A DNA stretch of 63,052 nucleotides, the filler included. It is 7 parts of 7 records of this genome, joined end to end, with 100 filler letters (N's around TTAATTAATTAA, not from the genome) between each part and the next. Parts side by side here need not be neighbours in the genome. Positions count along the whole stretch, not along the records: positions 1 to 6,189 come from SRR31156797_22865; positions 6,290 to 19,272 come from SRR31156797_22878; 5 more parts are not named here. One strand, given 5' to 3'. Numbering within the stretch: position 1 is the first letter of the stretch; every line of letters begins with the position of its first letter. The position numbers were made by a program, and so were the translations under genes. The notes under the pieces are model-generated. The model was not told the DNA's origin. It was given only the letters and a program-made list of their open reading frames with translations, and made no database searches. This document shows positions 1-8,468 of this stretch, piece after piece.

Positions 1-104
1 ACGTCCTGATATTTTTTATATAATTTTACGCGGGATTATTTTTGCAGTTCATTATAATTAAAAAATAATCTTAATTTTCAAGCCCTTTTAGCTTTGTAGT
101 ACAA

Positions 105-133
105 ATTGTACGACAAAATTTCAAACTTGTCAA
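105..133 (-). promoter_or_regulatory. sigma70 promoter pointing out of the window (TTGACA-17-TACAAT)
   Basis: Reverse complement of tgtcaa (128-133) and attgta (105-110), 17-nt spacer. Confidence 0.65.
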
Positions 134-171
134 GATATAAAAAAATAAAATGGAATCGATATCAAATTATC

Positions 172-200
172 TTGACAGCCTGATAGAAGTGTTGTACAAT
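172..200 (+). promoter_or_regulatory. sigma70 promoter of the TrmB-family gene (TTGACA-17-TACAAT)
   Basis: TTGACA 172-177, TACAAT 195-200, followed by AGGAGG SD and ATG 224. Confidence 0.7.
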
Positions 201-223
201 TTCGACAACAGGAGGTTTTAAAA

Positions 224-1015
224 ATGGAAAAACTTATATCAATTTTAGAAAATCTTAATTTTAGTAAAGTTGAAGCTTTAATTTATATTGAACTTATTAA
301 GGAATCCGGATTAAACGGATCACAAATTGCAAAAAAAACAGGATTAACAAGATCATCTGTTTATAATGCATTAGATAATCTATATTCAAAGGGAATCGTC
401 TATTTAATTCCGGGGAAAACAAATCTATATTTAGCAGAAAAACCTGAACTGGTTGTAAAAAAAATGAAAGAAAAAATTGAGGAAAACGGTGAAGTATTAA
501 CAGAAATTTTTGATAATATGAATAATCACGAAGATGAAGAGTATTTCTACAACATGAAAGGGAAAGAAAACTTTGTTGATAAAATCAAAGAGGTTATATT
601 AAATGCGAAACATGAAATATATATAAATACTTGTCTGGATTTAATGATTTTTGAATCAGAAATAAAAGCAGCAAGGGAAAAAGGTGTTAGAATAATTGTA
701 TTTACTTATAAAAATATAGATTACGCCAAGCTTGATATTGAGATATATTATCAGGAATACCCAATAGAATTAGATGAAAACAGCATTTACGAAGTTCGAT
801 TTATGATTGTTGCCGATTTAGAGACAACTTTAATTTGTTCAAGGCAGAATAATTTTAATGAGATGACAGGAACATATACAAAAAACAGATTACTTGCGAA
901 GATCATCGCCGAACATATACATCATGATATCTATTTGATGAAACTAAAAAAGACAGAAAAAAGAGATTTAATCACAGATAAAATTTTATTAAATACATTA
1001 CTGGAGGAAAATTAA
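224..1015 (+). CDS. TrmB-family transcriptional regulator
   Basis: N-terminal wHTH (LNFSKVEALIYIEL...RSSVYNALDNLYSKGIV) plus C-terminal sugar-binding/PLD-like domain (AKHEIYI, MIVAD). Confidence 0.85.
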   Translation: MEKLISILENLNFSKVEALIYIELIKESGLNGSQIAKKTGLTRSSVYNALDNLYSKGIVYLIPGKTNLYLAEKPELVVKKMKEKIEENGEVLTEIFDNMNNHEDEEYFYNMKGKENFVDKIKEVILNAKHEIYINTCLDLMIFESEIKAAREKGVRIIVFTYKNIDYAKLDIEIYYQEYPIELDENSIYEVRFMIVADLETTLICSRQNNFNEMTGTYTKNRLLAKIIAEHIHHDIYLMKLKKTEKRDLITDKILLNTLLEEN

Positions 1016-1042
1016 GATTTAGTTTAAATATTAAGAAAACTT

Positions 1043-1224
1043 AAACCGTGCTTACGCAGCACACTGCGGCAACCTTACGTTGCATTGTATAAAAAACAAA
1101 ACCCCTATACATGTTTGTATTTCTCCTAAAGTATAATAGGTTTTTATTTTTTACTTATCCGATCAAGCTTAAGGTTGCTACAGTGTGTTGAATTTAAATT
1201 TTTATCACTGTGTAAGCACGGTTT
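1043..1224 (+). ncRNA. candidate structured RNA (long imperfect hairpin, ~180 nt)
   Basis: 1043-1059 pairs with 1208-1224 and 1057-1077 with 1170-1190; most mismatches are G-U on the + strand. Confidence 0.45.
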
Positions 1225-1258
1225 TCAAAATTAATTCAATTTATGAGAGGTGGAAAAA

Positions 1259-2059
1259 ATGTCAGAAAGTAAAAAATTTGAATGTATCACATATCAGGAA
1301 TTAGTAGAGCAGTTTAAAAATGCTGGTTTGAAGAAGGGACAACATATTTTCGTACATACTTCGTTGAAAAGTCTGGGATTTGTAGTTGGAGGAGCCGAAG
1401 TTTTGATACGGGCATTACTTGATATTGTTGGTGAAGATGGAACTCTAATGATGCCGGCACAAACATGGAAAAATCTTGATCCCACTATTGGAGTTCATTG
1501 GGAAGTTCCTGAAAGTCACTGGGATGTTATCCGTGAAAACTGGCCTGCTTATGACAAAGATATCACTCCGGCAATTGGGATGGGAGTTGTCGCTGAAATG
1601 TTTAGAAAATGGCCGAATGCGCATAGATCTGATCATCCTGCTAGATCAGTTGCTGCTGTTGGAAAATATGCAAAATATCTAACAGAAAATCATGATTTAT
1701 CTAATATATTCGGTAAAGATTCCCCGGTTGATAAACTATACAAATTAGATGGACATGTACTTTTAATTGGTGTTAATCACGATAAAAACACCTCTATTCA
1801 TTTGGCTGAAACCAGAGCAGAGTTCAAAAGTAAAGCTTTTACAACTGAAAGTAGTGCGATAGTGGTAGATGGTGAGAGAAAATGGGTATCGTATGAAACT
1901 CAGGCTGTAGAAGATGAAGATTTTCTGGAACTTGGAGCAGAATATGAAAAAGAAACTAATATGCCTATTGAAAAAGTAGGAAAAGCAGATATTAGATTTT
2001 TTAAACAAGCACCATTTGTAGATTGGGCAGTAAAATGGATGGAAACTAACAGGAAATAA
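1259..2059 (+). CDS. aminoglycoside N(3)-acetyltransferase family (YokD/AAC(3)-like)
   Basis: Motifs VHTSLKSLGFVVGGA, GTLMMP, RSDHP.RS.AAVG, VLLIGV.HDKNTSIHLAE; start placed at ATG 1259 after GAGGTGG SD. Confidence 0.88.
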   Translation: MSESKKFECITYQELVEQFKNAGLKKGQHIFVHTSLKSLGFVVGGAEVLIRALLDIVGEDGTLMMPAQTWKNLDPTIGVHWEVPESHWDVIRENWPAYDKDITPAIGMGVVAEMFRKWPNAHRSDHPARSVAAVGKYAKYLTENHDLSNIFGKDSPVDKLYKLDGHVLLIGVNHDKNTSIHLAETRAEFKSKAFTTESSAIVVDGERKWVSYETQAVEDEDFLELGAEYEKETNMPIEKVGKADIRFFKQAPFVDWAVKWMETNRK

Positions 2060-2082
2060 GTTTTAAATATATAGTTAACTAC

Positions 2083-2122
2083 AAAAAAGCAGGTGCAATT
2101 TTTGAATTGCACCTGCTTTTTT
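2083..2122. terminator. bidirectional intrinsic terminator
   Basis: aaaaaagcaggtgcaatt-tttg-aattgcacctgctttttt between convergent genes. Confidence 0.85.
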
Positions 2123-2130
2123 ATATGATC

Positions 2131-3153
2131 TTATTTTAGTCTTTTACATGATTCTCTCTGTGTAAGTGTTACAGGAAGAGTTAATTTAAATTTTAATTTT
2201 TCTTTAGAAGTAATCTCATTTGCTAATAACTCCATAGCCTTAACACCCATAGTATATCTAGGCTGAGTCATAGTTGTAATAGATGGATAGAAAAATTTAG
2301 CTGTTTCAAGTCCATCAAATCCAATAATAGAAATATCATCAGGGATTTTTAATCCACTTTCAATAATCGCTCTTGATGCTGCAAGTGCCAAAAGATCCGA
2401 GTAACTAAAAATTGCAGTTGGTATTTCATCTTGTGTCAAAATCTCTTTAGTTGCTTCATACGCACTTTGATATGTATGATTACATTCAAAGATTAGTTTC
2501 TCGTCAAACTCAATTTTATTTCTCTTTAAACCTTTTTTATATCCGTTAATTCTACGCATAGCCGAGTTTCTATCATCTTTATTAATCGTAAGCATCGCTA
2601 TTTTTTTATGGTTTAGCTTGCACAAATGATTAATCGCCTCAAGTGCAGCAGTTTCATTATCTATTCCAACACTAGAGAACTCCTCAATAGTATCTTCACT
2701 GCTAAAGTTAATACCCGTTGAACATAACATTACAGGAATATTTGTTTCCAAAAGTTTATTTTGAATCACTTCAGTTAATGTTCCACCTAAATAGATAATT
2801 CCATCAACTTTTTTCTCTGACATAACGTCTATTGCTTTCAAAATATTTCCTTCTTGTTTTTTTGCATTATATAGTAGAGTACTATATCCTCTCTTATTAG
2901 AAGCCTCTTGTATTCCCTTAACAATATCGGAGTAAAAAAGGCTAGTTAATTCAACCAGAATTATACCAATTGTGTTGGTATTTCTACTTTTTAGACTCCT
3001 AGCTATATTATTTGGGGTATAATTTAGAGTTTTCATTGCTTCCAAAACTCTTTTTCTAGTTTCATCTTTAACACTAGGGTGGTTATTCAATACTCTGGAA
3101 GCGGTCCCTAGTCCAACTCCAGCAAGCTTCGCAACATCTTTTAATTTAGTCAT
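2131..3153 (-). CDS. LacI-family transcriptional regulator (probable maltose/maltodextrin repressor)
   Basis: LKDVAKLAGVGLGTASRVLN HTH, YTPNNIARSL hinge, IPDDISIIGFD; divergent from porin/amylase. Confidence 0.9.
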   Translation of the reverse strand: MTKLKDVAKLAGVGLGTASRVLNNHPSVKDETRKRVLEAMKTLNYTPNNIARSLKSRNTNTIGIILVELTSLFYSDIVKGIQEASNKRGYSTLLYNAKKQEGNILKAIDVMSEKKVDGIIYLGGTLTEVIQNKLLETNIPVMLCSTGINFSSEDTIEEFSSVGIDNETAALEAINHLCKLNHKKIAMLTINKDDRNSAMRRINGYKKGLKRNKIEFDEKLIFECNHTYQSAYEATKEILTQDEIPTAIFSYSDLLALAASRAIIESGLKIPDDISIIGFDGLETAKFFYPSITTMTQPRYTMGVKAMELLANEITSKEKLKFKLTLPVTLTQRESCKRLK

Positions 3154-3439
3154 CTCTTATACTACCCCTTATTTTAGTATTTACTATATTAAATCATCTT
3201 TGTGTTGATTTGTCAATATTTGTAGAACAAAGCTTATAATATTTTATTAACTAAAGTAATGAAACGATTCTAAAAGGTTATAACAATTAATCTTTATAAT
3301 GTAATCTTTCTATAATTAAAGTTTCCAAAGATTAAAAAAATTTAATTAATATATGAATTCCTTCAAACTTTTACCTATATGAAAATTTAATATAAGAGAT
3401 TTTTTTGAAAGCCTATTAGTCTCTTTTTTCTCTAATACA

Positions 3440-3628
3440 GCAAAAAGAACTCTCTAAAATCAAAGAGAGTTCTTGAGGGAACTTCGACACACAAAAACCA
3501 AAAAATGCGTGTCTCAACTATGTAGTTCTAAAAAATCACTGATGTTATCTGAAAATTAAGAAACTAGAGAAATATTAATTTTTAGATAACATTTTTAAAG
3601 GGTAAGTTTTATGATGCGATTTCTGCTT
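3440..3628 (-). ncRNA. candidate small RNA (~190 nt)
   Basis: Promoter TTGACT-17-TATAGT (3663-3635), two internal hairpins, intrinsic terminator aagaactctc..gagagttcttttt (3474-3442); no meaningful ORF. Confidence 0.55.
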
Positions 3629-3672
3629 GCAACTACTATACGGTAATAAATAAAAAAAGTCAAATTATTTTT

Positions 3673-3685
3673 TGAAGCGTTTCCA
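3673..3685. promoter_or_regulatory. LacI-type operator (TGGAAACGCTTCA on minus strand)
   Basis: Central-CG palindrome-like site matching the 3845-3857 site at 12/13 positions. Confidence 0.6.
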
Positions 3686-3802
3686 GTTCTTTTTTTGATG
3701 CTTATTGCTCTAAAACTCAATATTTTAAAGGTTCTATCACATCATTCTTCCATCTTTTGTCTTTTTATTGATCTTTGTGACTGAAAAAAATACATTTTTG
3801 TA

Positions 3803-3874
3803 TTGACAAGAACGCAAAAATGATATATTATTATTAACAGGGAATGGAAACGGTTCAAAACAACGTTTTCAAAA
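3803..3874 (+). promoter_or_regulatory. porin promoter (TTGACA-17-TATTAT) with downstream LacI-type operators
   Basis: TTGACA 3803-3808, TATTAT 3826-3831, TGGAAACGGTTCA 3845-3857, AACAACGTTTTCA just after. Confidence 0.65.
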
Positions 3875-3992
3875 TAAGATTTTCTAGATTATTTATATTA
3901 ACTATAAAATTTTGAGCCCATATTACATTAATTTATTACTTATATTTAACGGCTCTAAAATGTTATAAAAATAAAAGGAGATGGTTAAGGTT

Positions 3993-5261
3993 ATGTTTAA
4001 GAAAAAAATGCTATTAGCAGCGGCGCTAATTGCAACAGCAGCTTCAACTACTGCATTTGCAGGAGATTGGGATATTCACGGATATGCTAAAACAGGATTT
4101 ACAGTTGATAGCGATTTAAATGCTTCAACTCAGGATTTATCAAAAGGAGATTATTTCTTAGGAACTAATCCAAGTGTTCCGGCTAACCAATTTGAGATCA
4201 CTGGTAACAGATATTTCAAGTCAGATAACGGAGCAGAAGCACTTTTAGGTTTTAGAGCTGAATATGGAAACGGTACCGATCAAGATAAGTTTTTATACTC
4301 TTCATCAGGTGGAGAAGCTGAAAACGGACCTATATTTGAATTAAAAGAAGCATTTATCGAAATGCAAAAATTAGACTTCATGCCTGAAGAGCACAAATTA
4401 TGGGCAGGTAGAAGATTCTACGGAAGAGATTCTACTACTTTATCTGGAGAGTTCTGGAAGCAAACTTCAGGAGTTGGATTTGGTTATGACGCTGGTAACT
4501 TTGCAGTAGCATTCGTTGGTGCGGATTTAGATAAAACAGCAGTAGGCGATGATAGCGATAAAAGACAAACAGCATTTGTTTTAGATACAAGATACAGAGG
4601 AATTAACGTTCCTGGTGGAAACTTAGAATTACAAGCAAATTTCTATACTCAACCTGATGCTAAAACTGAAACTAGTGACGACGATGCAGCTGAAGGTGGA
4701 ATCGGTTTAGGAGTTACATATAACATTAACGGATTCTACGGTATGGACGGTTGGTCAAAAGCAGCAGTAGCATATGGAACTGGAATCGGAGCTCCTGCAA
4801 AAGGACTTAACTTCGGAAGTTGGGTAGGTGGAGCTAATGAAGATTCAGCTTCAACACTAGCAACAACTTACGGTTTATGGAACGTATCTGATACTCTTCA
4901 AGTTGGAACAGAAGCATCTATACATATTGGAGAAAACTTATACGGACAAGATTCATTAACTAGAATGGGATTCTCAATAAATCCTAGTTACAAAGTTACA
5001 AACAACTTAAGATTAACAGCTGAAGCATCAGTTGGAACGCAAACATTAGATGATTATGAAGCTTGGGGAAGAAGTGAAGAAACTGAAATCAGAACAGCTC
5101 TTACACTTGCACCAGTAATCACTCTTAACAACGATTACTATGGAAGACCTCAAATCAAACCATTTATTACTTTCGCTCAAACAAATGATGACGCGCAAAC
5201 TATTCAAGATGATGAGCAATCAGGTACTTTCTTCGGAATTCAAGCTGAAGTTTGGTACTAA
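3993..5261 (+). CDS. lamB: LamB/maltoporin-family carbohydrate porin
   Basis: Signal peptide ending AFA; HGYAKTG, LWAGRRFYGR, YYGRPQIKPF, C-terminal FFGIQAEVWY; the ORF could also start at 3981. Confidence 0.8.
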   Translation: MFKKKMLLAAALIATAASTTAFAGDWDIHGYAKTGFTVDSDLNASTQDLSKGDYFLGTNPSVPANQFEITGNRYFKSDNGAEALLGFRAEYGNGTDQDKFLYSSSGGEAENGPIFELKEAFIEMQKLDFMPEEHKLWAGRRFYGRDSTTLSGEFWKQTSGVGFGYDAGNFAVAFVGADLDKTAVGDDSDKRQTAFVLDTRYRGINVPGGNLELQANFYTQPDAKTETSDDDAAEGGIGLGVTYNINGFYGMDGWSKAAVAYGTGIGAPAKGLNFGSWVGGANEDSASTLATTYGLWNVSDTLQVGTEASIHIGENLYGQDSLTRMGFSINPSYKVTNNLRLTAEASVGTQTLDDYEAWGRSEETEIRTALTLAPVITLNNDYYGRPQIKPFITFAQTNDDAQTIQDDEQSGTFFGIQAEVWY

Positions 5262-5430
5262 TATAAATTAACTAGTTATAAGTAATACCGCAATAAATAG
5301 TTACACAACACTCTTTTAGTCTTTGTAAGTCGGGAGTTTACTCCTATAACTCCCGGCTACATATAATATTACATCAACTTAATACATAAAATTTTTAGGA
5401 AACTTAGTTTCCTATAAGGAGGAACATTTA

Positions 5431-6189
5431 TTGAAGAAAATCATTTATTTAATGCTTCTTCTTTCTTTTATTTCCTGTACTAATTTGGAAACGAAAAAAG
5501 TCAGTGAGGAAGCTGATAACTATATCGCGAATCTAAACGAATATGTTGAACCAAGCAGTACAAGTGTAAATTTCCTATTTAAAATACCTGACGATTCAAG
5601 TTTTACTTTTTACATAGGGGAGAATGAAGAGGAATTAAAAAAAGTTAATTTAGAAGATAAATACGAAACAAACAAAGGTATTATTGTAAATAACCTCGAA
5701 GCAGGCAAAACATATTATTATAAATTGAATGCAAAAATTAACGACACTAAAATATACTCAGAAATTCAAGAGTTTACTAAAAAAGAAGTAACAAAAGATG
5801 ATAGCAGAGCTGAATGGGCTAGAAATGCTGTATTCTACGAGCTTTTCGTTAGAAGCTTTTACGACAGTGATGGAGATGAAATTGGAGATTTCCAAGGTAT
5901 GATTGAAGGTTTTCCTTATTTAAATGATCTTGGAATCGATGCCATTTGGATGATGCCAACACTTAACTCACCTAGTTATCACGGTTATGACATTACTGAT
6001 TACTACGATGTTGAAGCAGATTATGGAACTTTAGCTGACTTCAAGGAGATGCTAAAAGAAGCTCATGAACATGACATCAAAATCATAATTGATTTAGTTG
6101 TTAATCATTCATCAAGTGAGCATCCATGGTTTGTAGAAGCATCAAAAAATGTTAACAGTAAATACAGAGATTATTATGTATGGGCTACA
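5431..6189 (+). CDS. GH13 alpha-amylase-family lipoprotein (truncated by contig end)
   Basis: Lipobox FISC, FN3-like N-terminal part, FYELFVRSFYDSDGDEIGD, YHGYDITDYY, DLVVNHSS. Confidence 0.85.
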
Positions 6190-6289
6190 NNNNNNNNNNN
6201 NNNNNNNNNNNNNNNNNNNNNNNNNNNNNNNNNTTAATTAATTAANNNNNNNNNNNNNNNNNNNNNNNNNNNNNNNNNNNNNNNNNNNN
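6190..6289. other. artificial contig linker (N-run/TTAATTAATTAA/N-run); also at 19273-19372, 25463-25562, 40158-40257, 49965-50064, 57336-57435
   Basis: Identical spacer with six-frame stops; gene content and composition change across each. Confidence 0.97.
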
Positions 6290-7032
6290 GATGGTTTTAT
6301 TCCCGATAACGATTTAACTATTTCGTATTTAAAATTATTATCCTTACAAAAGCGTTCAAAACCAACCGCACGCTCCATAGGCTCTTTTCCTCCGGGATTT
6401 ACAAAAACCAACCGACGATATTTTTTTATCAATTCCTTACCCTCCTCCATAGCATCGTAAAAATCTTGTTCAAAGTTTTGATATACTACCGGATACTTAA
6501 CTAAATCGGGTTTTAGTCGATCAAGCACAAACACCTTTTCCGGAGGTAATTTGGAAAGTAAATGACTGGTATTGTCAAATGTGGCGGGCATTATAACATA
6601 AGAGGTATAACTACCAATACTTTCGCTAATCAGATTTTTAAAAACCTTGTAGTTAAAATGATGAAAATATACCTCTACTGTAGCTTTACCCTTCAAATTA
6701 TTGATTAATGAATTGTACAGGTCTTCTTTAAAAGCATTCAATTCATCAAAAAGAATAAATATTTTTTCATCCAACTGAATATCGGTACTGGCAATATAAT
6801 ATCCTTTCCCGGGTTGACTTTTTAAAACTCCCTTGGCTTTTAACTCATTAAAAGCATACATTACGGTATCTCGACTTAATTTGAATTCAGCACATATTTG
6901 ATTGATAGACGGAACCTTGTCTCCTTTTTTTAAAGCTTTCCTCTCAATGGAAGAAAATACCGAGTCCATAATTTGACGATACTTCGGAGTAGAAGAATTT
7001 AGGTCGATTGTAATTATTTTTCTTCGAATCAT
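6290..7032 (-). CDS. GntR-family regulator with periplasmic-binding-like C-terminal domain (3' truncated)
   Basis: PKYRQI...LKKGDKVPSINQI...SRDTV..AFNELK.KG....PGKGYYI. Confidence 0.85.
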
Positions 7033-7266
7033 TTAGTAAAGGTTTATGCAAAAATAATCGTTTCTGGCTATTAAATGATGTTTTAAAACACCACCAGTAC
7101 CTACCAGTTAATTTTTGTTTTTTGCATTTTTGTGTTTCCTTAATTTTAAGGTATTAAGCTAAAACACCAAAAGGAGAACAAACATTTTGATATTAACAAC
7201 GATTTTTAGAATTTGTGTTGCCAAGAGTATGTCTAAACAATTCTTAAGATCAAATCAATAAAGACA

Positions 7267-8304
7267 ATGAAAATAACTTCAGAAAAATTTGGAAAATTAA
7301 ACGACAGCCGTGATGTTTTGCTTTTTACACTTAGTAATAACTTTATTACAGTTAAAATTACAAACTACGGAGCAATTATAACCGCTATAGATATGCCAAA
7401 TAAGAATGGCAGCCTGGAAAATATTGTGTGTGGTTTTGATAAATTAGAAAACTACCTCAGCGATGAATACCTGGGCAGTTACCCATATTTTGGAGCCATT
7501 ATTGGCCGGTTTGGAAACCGAATTGCCAAAGGACACCTGGAAATTGAGGGAAAAACATATGAAATGGCAATAAATAATGGCCCCAACCATTTACATGGTG
7601 GACTGGAAGGTTTTGACAAAAAACTATTTGATGCCGAAATAGTTGAATCTGACCAGGAGGTTGGGGTAAAACTATCTTATTACAGTGTTGATGGTGAAGA
7701 AAACTATCCGGGTAATTTAAAAGTAACCTGTATTTACACCTTAAATGAAAGTAGCGAGCTTGGTATTCAATATTATGCTGAAACTGATAAAACAACTGTT
7801 GTTAATTTAACCAACCATTCTTATTTTAATTTAAGTGGCCAAAAAGAAAATATTTTAAATCATACGCTTGAACTAACTGCTACAAAAATGACCGAAATGG
7901 TTGAACAAATTCCAACAGGAAGAATTGTGCCGGTGGTTGGAACTGCTTATGATTTTACAACACCAAAGAAAATTGGTCAGGCCGGTTTGGAAACGGGATA
8001 CGATGATAACTTTGTTTTCGATAACGAGGATGGCGATTTAATTCTCGCGGGTATATTACACGAAGAAAAAAGTGGTCGTAAACTGGAAGTGTACACTACG
8101 CAACCAGGTATGCAGGTGTACACTGGTTACTGGAATCCGGAATTACTAATTGATGGTAAAAAGAAATTTGGATGTTTCTCTGGTGTTGCACTCGAAACCC
8201 AACATTATCCGGATTCGGTACATCATCCTTCTTTTCCAACTACAGAACTTAAACCAGGAGAGGTTTACAATCAAAAAACAGTTTATAAATTTATAACAGA
8301 TTAA
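7267..8304 (+). CDS. galM: aldose 1-epimerase (galactose mutarotase)
   Basis: YFGAIIGRFGNRI, NHLHGG, NLTNHSYFNL, YDDNF, ALETQHYPD. Confidence 0.92.
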   Translation: MKITSEKFGKLNDSRDVLLFTLSNNFITVKITNYGAIITAIDMPNKNGSLENIVCGFDKLENYLSDEYLGSYPYFGAIIGRFGNRIAKGHLEIEGKTYEMAINNGPNHLHGGLEGFDKKLFDAEIVESDQEVGVKLSYYSVDGEENYPGNLKVTCIYTLNESSELGIQYYAETDKTTVVNLTNHSYFNLSGQKENILNHTLELTATKMTEMVEQIPTGRIVPVVGTAYDFTTPKKIGQAGLETGYDDNFVFDNEDGDLILAGILHEEKSGRKLEVYTTQPGMQVYTGYWNPELLIDGKKKFGCFSGVALETQHYPDSVHHPSFPTTELKPGEVYNQKTVYKFITD

Positions 8305-8310
8305 GGAAAT

Positions 8311-8331
8311 GCCCGAAAGGGCTTTTTTTTT
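8311..8331 (+). terminator. intrinsic terminator
   Basis: gccc-gaaa-gggc followed by T-run. Confidence 0.75.
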
Positions 8332-8468
8332 GTTTAACATATAAATCCTTGATTTTGCTTATTTTTTATACTTTTGAGTTTAACTGATAAACAGCATAAA
8401 GTAACAGGCTAAAAATAAGCATCTATTCATTTATATAATCAAACTACTTCTTTAAAACAAAAATCTTA

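Noticed and set aside
1043-1224. Integron attC site next to an aac gene
   Set aside because: Longer than typical attC, no clear RYYYAAC/GTTRRRY ends, and no integrase or cassette array.
6190-6289. TTAATTAATTAA repeated six times within N-runs
   Set aside because: Artificial contig spacer, not a biological repeat. ORFs running into it are truncated and cross-junction gene neighbourhoods are invalid.
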